The position numbers and the translations under genes are program-made. A DNA stretch of 63,852 nucleotides, counting the filler, from Reticulomyxa filosa (lineage: Eukaryota > Protista > Foraminifera), in assembly GCA_000512085.1 (NCBI GenBank). It is 15 parts of 15 records of this genome, joined end to end, with 100 filler letters (N's around TTAATTAATTAA, not from the genome) between each part and the next. Parts side by side here need not be neighbours in the genome. Positions count along the whole stretch, not along the records: positions 62,549 to 63,852 come from ASPP01013506.1; 14 more parts are not named here. One strand, 5' to 3'. Numbering within the stretch: the stretch's first letter is position 1; each line of letters begins with the position of its first letter. Below the pieces are notes generated by a model. It worked only from the letters and a program-made list of their open reading frames with translations. It ran no database searches and had not been told where the DNA came from. Of this stretch, positions 63,663 to 63,852 are shown one piece after another.

Positions 63663-63852
63663 CTGAGGGGTAATATGCTTATTATTATTATTTTTTTTTT
63701 TTAAAAAAAAAGGGGGGGGGGGGGTACGGAATTGCGGTTCATAAGTTCCTTTTTTTTTTTTCTTTCCTTCTCTCTCTCTCTCTTACAATCCCCTTGAATG
63801 AATTGGTTCATTATTTTTAATAGTGTTATTTTATTTAGCCATGTTCCGAGAT

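Overview
AT-rich, intron-containing eukaryotic DNA in 15 contig pieces joined by 14 artificial 100-bp linkers (44 N + TTAATTAATTAA + 44 N). The gene style suggests a foraminiferan such as Reticulomyxa filosa; this is inference from WD40 genes with an N-terminal 'WIR..GWI.D.NK' exon, 'SPLQSN' WD repeats, many decayed pseudogenes and microsatellite-filled introns. Recognisable genes: DXO/Rai1 decapping nuclease, a large multi-SAM coiled-coil protein, a LisH-CTLH protein, an intron-containing DUF3825 protein (a normally bacterial domain), WD40 genes and pseudogenes, an atypical Ras-like GTPase, an SLC19-like carrier, a NAK kinase, a Cys-repeat/mucin protein, eIF4G, a GT10 fucosyltransferase and a second FucT-like enzyme, GYF_2/PDZ, FYR-domain and XK-related proteins. 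There is also a decayed Tc1-like transposon. The most notable unexplained signals are four: (1) a dispersed non-coding element in three copies, with ordered conserved blocks, variable spacers and a sequence-variable hairpin; (2) a spliced eukaryotic DUF3825 gene; (3) introns with GT-polyT donors and polyA-AG acceptors in place of polypyrimidine tracts; (4) a 169-bp near-perfect palindrome. All exon models and family calls were made by eye.
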